Part shown: piece by piece, positions 1 through 7,907 of the stretch
How the letters are laid out: each line of letters begins with the position of its first letter
How positions within the stretch are numbered: position 1 is the stretch's first letter
Source of the DNA: Candidatus Saganbacteria bacterium
Lineage (GTDB): Bacteria; Margulisbacteria; WOR-1; JAKLHX01
NCBI GenBank assembly: GCA_026387835.1
Contig: JAPLKZ010000012.1
Coordinates: 4,932-36,931 of the forward strand
Length of the DNA stretch: 32,000 bases
Direction: 5' to 3'
The notes under the pieces: model-generated
The model's database searches: none
The model's input: the letters and a program-made list of their open reading frames with translations, nothing else
What the model was told of the DNA's origin: nothing
Program-made: the position numbers and the translations under genes

Positions 1-189
1 TTCATCTCCCTGATAGACAAGAAAAAGAAATATCTTGATGAGTTCGAGATACTGGTGATCCCGACCACTTATTTTATCGACAGGGACGGGATACTTAAGA
101 ATCAGTACGTGTCTTTTGATGATATCGTCATGGCATCTATGACTGCTGACGTTAGTCTTCTGCTGGCGCCTAAAAAGTCCGAGGAATAA
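1..189 (+). CDS. Thioredoxin-fold protein (TlpA/ResA/AhpC-TSA-like thiol-disulfide oxidoreductase), C-terminal fragment; the 5' end lies outside the window
   Basis: My frame +1 translation is FISLIDKKKKYLDEFEILVIPTTYFIDRDGILKNQYVSFDD...KKSEE, ending at TAA 187-189. The V-I-P-T-T-Y-F-I-D-R-D-G segment is the typical cis-Pro/beta-strand region of TlpA-like redoxins. This ORF is not in the supplied track because it is partial. Confidence 0.55.
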   Translation, partial: FISLIDKKKKYLDEFEILVIPTTYFIDRDGILKNQYVSFDDIVMASMTADVSLLLAPKKSEE

Positions 190-195
190 CCTTCT

Positions 196-1384
196 TTATT
201 CGTATCTCAGCGCATCTATAGGGTCCAGGTTCACCGCTCTCATCGCCGGATAAACACCCGAGACTACTCCGATACCTACAGAAACGCTGCATGCCAGTGT
301 GAGCGCCCAAATGACCACAACCATCTCGAGTTTTATCACATACATTATCACGAACGTTCCCGCTAGTCCCAGGACGATCCCCAGCAGCCCTCCGAAAAAC
401 TACCGATTCGACAAGAAATTGGATAAAGATATCGGTCTTTTTTGCTCCGACGGCTTTCCTGATGCCGATCTCTTTCGTCCTTTCGGTCACGGACACCAGC
501 ATGATGTTCATTATGCCGATCCCGCCAACGAGAAGCGAGATCGCGGCTATCCCGCCTATTATCGTGGTAAGCATCCCGATAATGTTGTTCAGCATGTTCA
601 TCATGCCTTCCTGCGTCGTTATGTGATAATCGTCTTTGGCCAGTTCAGTTTCAAGCGCCCTGTCTATCTCATCTATAGCCTTTGGCACGAGCTCCTGGGT
701 TTTTGCCGCGATGTCTATCTCAATGACCCCCTTAGTATTAAAAAGGCTCATGGCTGAAAAGATAGGAAGCACCGCTATATCATCCATATCAAAAGTGAGC
801 ATCTTTCCTTTTTCCGCGAAAAGCCCGATTACTGTATATTTTCTGCCGTTTATCTTTATTTTTTCCCCTACCGGATCAAAATTGCCTAAAAGTTCCTTCG
901 CGACCTTTTTCCCCAGGATAACGACTTTCCTGCTTCCATCCATCTCTCCCTTTGTAAAGAACCTGCCGCTTACTATCTTATGGTTAAAGACCTTCTGGTA
1001 ATTATCGGTCGTACCCCAGGCCTGATTGATCCTGTATTCTCTTTTTCCGTATCTTGCCTTCGCTGTACCTGACACTATAGGTACAACTTCTGATACCGAC
1101 GGGCAGCGGCCGGCTATTATCATCGCGTGTTTGTATTTGATCTTATTATCCAGATAAGCCGACATATCTCCCTGGTTTTTCCCGGGATTTATCTGCATGA
1201 CATTCGGCCCCATTCCCCACGACTCCACCTGCGCGACCACATATAGTTTTGCGGCCTCGCCTATCGCCACAAGGACTATCACTGCAGCTATTCCTATCAC
1301 GACACCAAGCATGGTCAGAGCTGATCTTGTTTTATTTGCCCTTATGGACCTTACAGCCATAAGGATGCTGTCAATGAAATTCAT
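196..1384 (-). CDS. MacB/FtsX-family ABC transporter permease, disrupted by a 1-nt frameshift in an A5 run at 395-399 (possible pseudogene or assembly error)
   Basis: The N-terminus MNFIDSILMAVRSIRANKTRSALTMLGVVIGIAAVI, the periplasmic domain and TKEIGIRKAVGAKKTDIFIQFLVESVVF are typical FtsX/MacB. After VVF the track ORF reads nonsense (RRAAGDRPGTSG...) down to 170. Shifting frame at the homopolymer gives GGLLGIVLGLAGTFVIMYVIKLEMVVVIWALTLACSVSVGIGVVSGVYPAMRAVNLDPIDALRYE, ending at TAA 196-198. That is the canonical TM3-TM4 and tail of this family. Confidence 0.85.
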
Positions 1385-2073
1385 TTTGTTTTTCTGTCCT
1401 CGAGAATCTTCCCGTCAAAAAGCCGCACCAGTCTGCCGCTGTAACCAGCGATGTTCTGGTCATGTGTCACCATCAGTATCGTGACGCCCTGGCCATTTAG
1501 GCCTTCAAATATCTTCATCACGTCGGCACCTGATTTGCTGTCGAGGTTGCCTGTCGGCTCATCCGCCAAAATTATCGAAGGGCCATTTACTATCGCTCTT
1601 GCTATCGCAACTCTCTGCTTTTCTCCTCCCGATATCTGGTTTGGCAAAAATCCTTCCCTGTGCTGCATCCCGACGGAAGCGAGCGCTTTTTCCGCTTTTC
1701 TTTTTCTTTCGGCCCTGGGCAGGCCGCTATATATAAGCGGAAGCTCGACATTCTCAAGAGATGTCATCCTCGGCAGGAGGTTGAAGGTCTGAAATACAAA
1801 ACCGATTTTTTTGTTCCTGACTTCCGCCAGGCCCGGATCTGAAAGAGACGAGACATCCACGCCGTCAAGGACGATAGAGCCGCTTGACGGCCTGTCGAGG
1901 CAGCCGATAAGGTTCATGAGTGTGGATTTGCCGCATCCGGAGGGGCCCATTATCGAGACGAACTCCCCTTTTGAGACTGAAAAATCGATGTCAAACAGTA
2001 CAGGGACTTCCAGAGTTTCCAGATGGTAAGTCTTGTTTACGTCCTTTATACAGACAACACAATTTTCGCCCAT
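1381..2073 (-). CDS. ABC transporter ATP-binding protein (MacB/LolD type)
   Basis: Walker A is GPSGCGKST, the signature is ISGGEKQRVAIARA, Walker B is IILADEPTGNLD and the H-loop is MVTHD. There is a 4-nt overlap with the downstream permease. Confidence 0.95.
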   Translation of the reverse strand: MGENCVVCIKDVNKTYHLETLEVPVLFDIDFSVSKGEFVSIMGPSGCGKSTLMNLIGCLDRPSSGSIVLDGVDVSSLSDPGLAEVRNKKIGFVFQTFNLLPRMTSLENVELPLIYSGLPRAERKRKAEKALASVGMQHREGFLPNQISGGEKQRVAIARAIVNGPSIILADEPTGNLDSKSGADVMKIFEGLNGQGVTILMVTHDQNIAGYSGRLVRLFDGKILEDRKTK

Positions 2074-2077
2074 GATT

Positions 2078-3064
2078 TTATTTGTTGCCGTTCTTTTCTA
2101 TTTTTATCCGGGATCCGTTCTTCAATTTGTCCAAATTTGTCACGGTTACGAGGTCTTTTTCTTTCAGCCCGTTTTTGACCTCGACGTTTTCGCTGTCCTT
2201 AAGGCCGATAGTGACGACAGTCTCTTTTGCACCGCCTTTCTTTATCAAATAGACCTCTTGTTTATCTTCTTTAGAAAAAACCGCTTCCCTCGGAATGATA
2301 AGGATGCCGTTTTTTTTCTCAGTCACGATATCCGCGCTGATCGTCATGCCGATCTTCAGCTTGTAGGCCCGGTCGTCAAAGGAAACTTTTCCCCTGAAGA
2401 TCTTGTCCTCTTCGTCAAGTTTGATCCTGCCTCCGACCTTTTTCAGTTCCGCTTCCTCGCCTATATTGGCCAGTTTGCCTGTAAACACTTCATTTGGGTA
2501 CGCGTCGCAGAAAATATTTACGGCCTGCCCCACCTTCACATCACCGACATCCGATTCATCTATCTGGACCTCCGCGTAAGATGACATCGGATCGACCACC
2601 GATATGAACGCCATACCCGGGGAAAGAGATTCTCCGACTTTATTTGCCACAAGAGTGGCAATGCCGTTTATAGGAGAGATAAAACACGAGTTTTCATATT
2701 GGATCTTCGCAAGATCGAGCTGGTTCTTTGACGCGAGCCCCGACTCAAAAAGGTTTTTTATGTTGTCATATTCCCTGAATGCCGTATCATAGTTATCCAT
2801 TTTCGCGAGCACCCGGCCTTTTTTGACCGCATCGCCTTCTTTCACGCCTATCCAGCCGATGCTCCCGATAGTCTTGCTGCTCAGAGAAGCTGTCGTACCC
2901 TTGATCTCTCCCGAAACATTGACAGCAGGAATTATCTCTCCTATTTTTACTTCAAATACTTTTATGCTGACAAGGCTTCCAAAATATACTTTGATACCCC
3001 AGACGACTATGATCAGCGCCAGTATCCCTGCCACCCATCTGAGCCATTTATATTTCTTGAACAC
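2078..3064 (-). CDS. Efflux periplasmic adaptor (HlyD/MacA family membrane fusion protein)
   Basis: It has an N-terminal Lys-rich segment and TM helix (KKYKWLRWVAGILALIIVVWGI), then barrel-sandwich/lipoyl-like motifs (GEIKG..., GDAVKKGRVLAKMD) and a C-terminal beta-barrel. The track ORF starts at TTG 3097. I prefer GTG 3064, which has AAGGAG (3073-3078) 8 nt upstream. Confidence 0.85.
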   Translation of the reverse strand: MFKKYKWLRWVAGILALIIVVWGIKVYFGSLVSIKVFEVKIGEIIPAVNVSGEIKGTTASLSSKTIGSIGWIGVKEGDAVKKGRVLAKMDNYDTAFREYDNIKNLFESGLASKNQLDLAKIQYENSCFISPINGIATLVANKVGESLSPGMAFISVVDPMSSYAEVQIDESDVGDVKVGQAVNIFCDAYPNEVFTGKLANIGEEAELKKVGGRIKLDEEDKIFRGKVSFDDRAYKLKIGMTISADIVTEKKNGILIIPREAVFSKEDKQEVYLIKKGGAKETVVTIGLKDSENVEVKNGLKEKDLVTVTNLDKLKNGSRIKIEKNGNK

Positions 3065-3096
3065 TAATTTATCTCCTTTCAAATAATCCTTCCGCA

Positions 3097-3120
3097 ATTA
3101 GTCATTCGTCATTAGTCATT
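3097..3120. repeat. Direct repeat ATTAGTCATT x2 (3097-3106 and 3111-3120) in the 67-nt gap between the two efflux operons
   Basis: Read directly from aATTAGTCATTcgtcATTAGTCATTt. Each unit contains the half-palindrome TTAGTCA. Confidence 0.6.
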
Positions 3121-3131
3121 TCTTTGTTGTT

Positions 3132-4265
3132 TTACCCTATCTTTTTCCTGAACCTCCTCACCGCAAAAATGAAGATCGCGCTTCCGAGGACAAAAAGCAT
3201 CAGGATATCTTTCCATAGATATTGTAGCCCGATCCCCTTTAGAAAAATACCTCTGACAATATTAAGAAAATATCTCAAGGGTATTATATATGTAAATATC
3301 TGAATAATGAAAGGCATATTCGCGATCGGGAAAATGAATCCCGATAAAAGGATGGACGGTAAAATGATAAAGATCAGCGTCAGGACTGTCTGCTGCATCG
3401 TGTTAGATATCGTAGATATCATAAGACCGATTCCGAGGCTCGCTATAATATAAATAGCGCATAAGGCCAAAAGCAAATATATATTCCCTAATATCGGCAC
3501 CCTGAACCAGAGGACGCTGATAAATATCACAAGTATCACGTCGATAAAACCGAGTATGATGAACGGCGCCATCTTGCCCGCCATCAGTTCCCACGGTCTT
3601 ATCGGGGAAACGATCAGCTGTTCCATCGTCCCGTATTCCTTTTCTTTTACTATGGAGACAGCGGTCAGGAGCGAAGTCAGTATCGTCAAAAGCACGGCGA
3701 TTATTCCGGGCACCATGTAGTTGACGCTCTTCATTTCCTGGTTATGGAACACACGGACCCGCGCGTCGATCACATTTAAGCGGTCCGTCATCCTTTTCAT
3801 TGCCTTTAACCTGTCATTCAATATCTTCGTCACGTTCTCAAAGACGATGCCGTTAATATAAGCCAGCGCGATGCCCGCGGAATTTGAATTTGTGCCGTCC
3901 AATATGAACTGTACCCGGGACTGACGGCCTGAGATTATGTTCTTTGAAAAGTCCGGAGGTATATTTATCGCAACCTGTGCTCTTCCGCTGTCTATAGTAC
4001 GTTTTTCTTCATCCGGGCTCTTAGCATTGCTGACGATCCTGAAATAGGTCGAGTTCGAGAAACTTGAGATGAACTGCCGGCTTAAATAGCTCTGGTCGCG
4101 GTCAAAAACTGCCGTATTGATATTTCTAAGGTCAAGTGTCGCGACATATCCGAACACCAGGAGCTGGATTATCGGCGCAAGTATCACGGCTCCTATCAGC
4201 CTTTTATCTCTGAAGAGCTGGATGAACTCTTTCCTTATTATATGGACCAGCCTTGAATCAAGCAT
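3132..4265 (-). CDS. ABC-2 type transporter permease (YbhR/YbhS/YhhJ-like)
   Basis: It has an N-terminal TM helix, a large extracytoplasmic loop and a C-terminal cluster of about 5 TM helices. KEKEYGTMEQLIVSPIRPWELMAGK is the characteristic ABC-2 motif. Its ATG directly abuts the upstream stop (TAAATG). Confidence 0.9.
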   Translation of the reverse strand: MLDSRLVHIIRKEFIQLFRDKRLIGAVILAPIIQLLVFGYVATLDLRNINTAVFDRDQSYLSRQFISSFSNSTYFRIVSNAKSPDEEKRTIDSGRAQVAINIPPDFSKNIISGRQSRVQFILDGTNSNSAGIALAYINGIVFENVTKILNDRLKAMKRMTDRLNVIDARVRVFHNQEMKSVNYMVPGIIAVLLTILTSLLTAVSIVKEKEYGTMEQLIVSPIRPWELMAGKMAPFIILGFIDVILVIFISVLWFRVPILGNIYLLLALCAIYIIASLGIGLMISTISNTMQQTVLTLIFIILPSILLSGFIFPIANMPFIIQIFTYIIPLRYFLNIVRGIFLKGIGLQYLWKDILMLFVLGSAIFIFAVRRFRKKIG

Positions 4266-5408
4266 TTAATCAAGCCTCTTTCTGAACCTTTTTGCCGACA
4301 GCGCTATCATTATGCACCCGAATATGACAAGCATAAGAGTGTCGGGCCAAAGATATTCTATCCCGATGCCTTTCATGAATATCCCGCGCAGTATCGTCAG
4401 GAAATATCTGGCGGGGACTAAATATGTTATTAACTGAACCATGTATGGCATACCTTCTATCGGAAAAACAAAACCCGAAAGAAGGATCGACGGCAGCATT
4501 GTCGTCATCATGCCGATGATCACCGCGTTCTCCTGTTTATCGGAAATAGTCGATATCAGCAGACCGAGACCGAGAGAGCCGAAAATGAATATAGCCGATT
4601 CAATGAACAGGAACAGAAGGTCTCCCCTGATCGGGACCTTGAACACCACCGCACCGAAAGAAACGCATAAGAGGACGTCCAGAAAACCGATCAGGACATA
4701 AGGGAGAAGCTTCCCTGTCATTATCTCGACAGGCCTTATCGATGTCGCAATAAGCTGCTCCATCGTGCCCCTTGTCTTTTCGCTGACAATAGAAAGAGAA
4801 GTTATCAGCGCGGCAAGGATCATCAGCACCATGGAAATTATGCCGGGGACAAGGAAGTTCATGCTCCTGAGCGATTCGTTGTACCAGACTCTTGTCTTGG
4901 CATCTATCGGGATCAGGGACTGTGCATCCTTCATTCCGGACCTCGACAGACTAGTTATCAGGATTGATTTTGTATAGTCCTGAAGGATGCCGTTGATATA
5001 ACCTATAGAGACGGTGGCTGTATTTGCATCGGCCCCGTCAAGTATGACCTGAACCTGCGCTTTCTTTCCCGAAAGGACTCTGCCTGAAAAACCGTTGTCA
5101 AAGTTTATTATAAGATTGGCTTTCCCGCTCAGAAAATATTTTTCTGCGTCCTTGTAGCTGTCGACGCAGGCTATCACGTTGAAATATCTTGAGGCCTCGA
5201 ATTTCCTTACTATCTCCCTTGTCATTGGTTTATTATCCATATCGCGGACCACGGTCGGGATGTTCTTGATATCAAAGGTCAGAGCGTAACCGTACAGTAT
5301 CAGCATCACTATCGGCAGAGCGAACGTGATAAGGAGCGTCCTCGTGTCCCTCACGATGTGAAGGAATTCTTTTCGCATTATCGATACTATTCTTCTGATA
5401 TCTATCAT
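4266..5408 (-). CDS. ABC-2 type transporter permease (paralogue of the downstream gene)
   Basis: Same architecture, with the motif SEKTRGTMEQLIATSIRPVEIMTGK. There is an ATGA overlap with the upstream ATPase. Confidence 0.9.
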   Translation of the reverse strand: MIDIRRIVSIMRKEFLHIVRDTRTLLITFALPIVMLILYGYALTFDIKNIPTVVRDMDNKPMTREIVRKFEASRYFNVIACVDSYKDAEKYFLSGKANLIINFDNGFSGRVLSGKKAQVQVILDGADANTATVSIGYINGILQDYTKSILITSLSRSGMKDAQSLIPIDAKTRVWYNESLRSMNFLVPGIISMVLMILAALITSLSIVSEKTRGTMEQLIATSIRPVEIMTGKLLPYVLIGFLDVLLCVSFGAVVFKVPIRGDLLFLFIESAIFIFGSLGLGLLISTISDKQENAVIIGMMTTMLPSILLSGFVFPIEGMPYMVQLITYLVPARYFLTILRGIFMKGIGIEYLWPDTLMLVIFGCIMIALSAKRFRKRLD

Positions 5409-6127
5409 CTTTTCACCGCGCTGATAAAAACATCATCTAAGCTAGTCTTGTTATAAGTCGTTTTTAATTGGCCGGGACTGCCGCCCGCTACTATCACTCC
5501 GTCAGAGATAAGAGCGATATTATTGCAATGTTCCGCTTCGTCCATGTAATGGGTCGTCACGAGTATGGTCGTTCCCTCTTCCGAAAGTTTATAGATGAGC
5601 CTCCAGAAATTCCTTCTTGAAACCGGATCGACACCGGATGTCGGCTCGTCCAAAAATAATATTTTAGGGTTATGTATCACGGCGCATCCAAGGGCAAGCC
5701 TCTGTTTCCATCCTCCTGAAAGATTTGCCGTAAGCTCATCCTCGCGGCCGGAAAGCCCCGCCATCCCTATCATCTCTTTTTTTCTTTTTTCGCGCCCCGT
5801 TTTGAGCGTCTGATATATTCCCGCGTAAAAGTCGAGGTTCTCGGAAACGGTAAGGTCCTCATACAACGAGAACTTCTGCGACATGTAGCCGATATTCTCT
5901 TTTATCTTTTCGCTCTCTTTGTTTATATCAAATCCGCCCACGCTGCCAGTCCCTGCCGTAGGCTCGAGTATCCCGCACAGCATCCTTATAGTCGTGGATT
6001 TGCCCGCGCCGTTAGGCCCTAGAAAGCCGAATATCTCGCCTTTCTTAACTTTAAAGCTGACCTTATCCACCGCGGTGAAATCACCGAACTTCTTAGTAAG
6101 ATCCTCAACGATTATAGAATTTTCCAT
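5405..6127 (-). CDS. ABC transporter ATP-binding protein (ABC-2/YbhF-like)
   Basis: Walker A is GPNGAGKST, the signature is LSGGWKQRLALGCA, Walker B is LFLDEPTSGVD and the H-loop is TTHYMDEA. Confidence 0.95.
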   Translation of the reverse strand: MENSIIVEDLTKKFGDFTAVDKVSFKVKKGEIFGFLGPNGAGKSTTIRMLCGILEPTAGTGSVGGFDINKESEKIKENIGYMSQKFSLYEDLTVSENLDFYAGIYQTLKTGREKRKKEMIGMAGLSGREDELTANLSGGWKQRLALGCAVIHNPKILFLDEPTSGVDPVSRRNFWRLIYKLSEEGTTILVTTHYMDEAEHCNNIALISDGVIVAGGSPGQLKTTYNKTSLDDVFISAVKR

Positions 6128-7026
6128 TATTTCATCATCCAGACGAATACGTCCTCCAGGCTCGGTTCTATCTGCCTTATCTCGCAGACATCTATGGACC
6201 TTTCTTTTAACAGGGCTTCGATCCTGGGTATATCGCCTGCCGCGTTGTCAGAGACTATATGCAGCCTGTCGCCGAATACTTCAAAAGAATATTTGTTTTC
6301 CAAATGCCTTGCGGCAGGTCTTATCTGGTCGCAGAGAAGCTCGATTATCTGCTTTTCCATCTTCTTTTTTATCTCATCCGGAGTCCCTTCTGTCAGTATC
6401 TTTCCGCTGTGGATCAAAGCCACCCTGTCGCACATCTCGGCTTCGTCCATATACGGTGTCGTGACAAAAACCGTGACAGCGGGGACAAGTAACTTGATTA
6501 TCTGCCAGAACTCCCTGCGCGATATCGGGTCCACGCCGGTGGTCGGCTCGTCGAGAAAAAGGACCTTCGGAGTGTGTATTAGGGTGCAAGCCAGGGCTAA
6601 TTTTTGTTTCATCCCGCCTGAAAGTTTCTGCGCGGGCCTGTCCTTGAATTTTTCAAGCCTGCTGAACTCAAGAAGCTCCTTTTTGCGTTTTTCCACTTCT
6701 TGTCGCGGCACAAGATGGATATCGGCAAAAAAATCAAGGTTCTCTTCCACCGAAAGGTCGCCGTATAAACTGAACTTCTGCGACATGTAGCCGATGGAAT
6801 CTTTTACCTTTTCGGACTCTTTTGCGACATCTATACCAAGAAGGCTTGCCGAACCTCCGTCTATCTTATACAGACCGCAGAGAAGTCTTATTGTGGTCGT
6901 CTTCCCGCCTCCGTCAGGACCTATAAGGCCGAAGATCACGCCCGAGGGGACGTTTAGATCGAGGTTGTTGACTGCTATTGTATTTTTAAATTTTTTGGTG
7001 AGGTTCTTAGTTTGTATAGCATACAT
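6127..7026 (-). CDS. ABC transporter ATP-binding protein (ABC-2/YbhF-like) with a C-terminal accessory domain
   Basis: Walker A is GPDGGGKTT, the signature is LSGGMKQKLALACT and Walker B is LFLDEPTTGVD. An extra tail of about 80 aa follows the ATPase core. Confidence 0.95.
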   Translation of the reverse strand: MYAIQTKNLTKKFKNTIAVNNLDLNVPSGVIFGLIGPDGGGKTTTIRLLCGLYKIDGGSASLLGIDVAKESEKVKDSIGYMSQKFSLYGDLSVEENLDFFADIHLVPRQEVEKRKKELLEFSRLEKFKDRPAQKLSGGMKQKLALACTLIHTPKVLFLDEPTTGVDPISRREFWQIIKLLVPAVTVFVTTPYMDEAEMCDRVALIHSGKILTEGTPDEIKKKMEKQIIELLCDQIRPAARHLENKYSFEVFGDRLHIVSDNAAGDIPRIEALLKERSIDVCEIRQIEPSLEDVFVWMMK

Positions 7027-7052
7027 ATTTAGATCGTTCTGCCCTCAACCGC

Positions 7053-7907
7053 TCATTTTTTCAGTTCTATCACGGCGTCCGCCGGCATCCCCGGTTTTAA
7101 CCGGAGACTTTCGTTAGGGATCTTCACCTTCACCTCAAATACTTGGTTCACCCTTTCCTCTTTTGTCTGTATGTTCTTCGGGGTGAACTCTGCCTTGCTC
7201 GCGATATATTCCACACTGCCGTAGAACTTTTCATGCGGGAAAGAATCAACGCTTAAAGCCACTTTGTCGCCCAGATCTATCTTCCCCACCTCTTTCTCCG
7301 TCACGTAAAGTTTTAGTTCAAGGGAGCGCAGGTCAGCCACTGTCACGATCGTAGAGCCCGGGCTAACAAGCTCTCCTTTTTCAACAGCCTTAACCAAGAC
7401 TATCCCATCTACGGGAGAGACGATCGAAGCGTCGCCGAACTGCGACTGAGCAGTCTCAAGTGCCGCTTCGGCCTGCAAAAGGCCGTTGCTTGCTGAATCA
7501 GCGGCTGTATTTGCGTTGTCATACTGCTGACGAGTGGCCATCCCGTCTTCATATAGTTTTGAGATCCTTACAAAATCAGCCTGTGCGGTCTGCGACCTGG
7601 ACTCTGCCGCATCTTGTCCTGCCTTCGCTGAACGGAGAGCAGCAGTGATCTCAGGAATATCGATCTTAGCGATAGGATCTCCGGTCTTCACATTGCTCCC
7701 CTCGTCCACATATCTTTCAAGCACCCTGCCTGAGACTTTCGAGCCTACCTGCACTTCTATAGCCTCAATAGTGCCTGAAGCTGATATGACCCCCCTGTTG
7801 ATGAACGCAATAATAAAGGCCCATGAATAATAGAGTACGATGCATAAGATGACGGCAGCCGCAATAGCAACTATCCTTTTTTTCTTTAGATCTTCATTTC
7901 CATTCAT
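7053..7907 (-). CDS. HlyD-family periplasmic adaptor (YbhG-like)
   Basis: It has an N-terminal TM helix (IVAIAAAVILCIVLYY), GTIEAIEVQVGSKVSGRV and DPIAKID lipoyl-like halves, a coiled-coil hairpin and a C-terminal beta-barrel. It overlaps the tolC-like stop by 14 nt. Confidence 0.88.
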   Translation of the reverse strand: MNGNEDLKKKRIVAIAAAVILCIVLYYSWAFIIAFINRGVISASGTIEAIEVQVGSKVSGRVLERYVDEGSNVKTGDPIAKIDIPEITAALRSAKAGQDAAESRSQTAQADFVRISKLYEDGMATRQQYDNANTAADSASNGLLQAEAALETAQSQFGDASIVSPVDGIVLVKAVEKGELVSPGSTIVTVADLRSLELKLYVTEKEVGKIDLGDKVALSVDSFPHEKFYGSVEYIASKAEFTPKNIQTKEERVNQVFEVKVKIPNESLRLKPGMPADAVIELKK

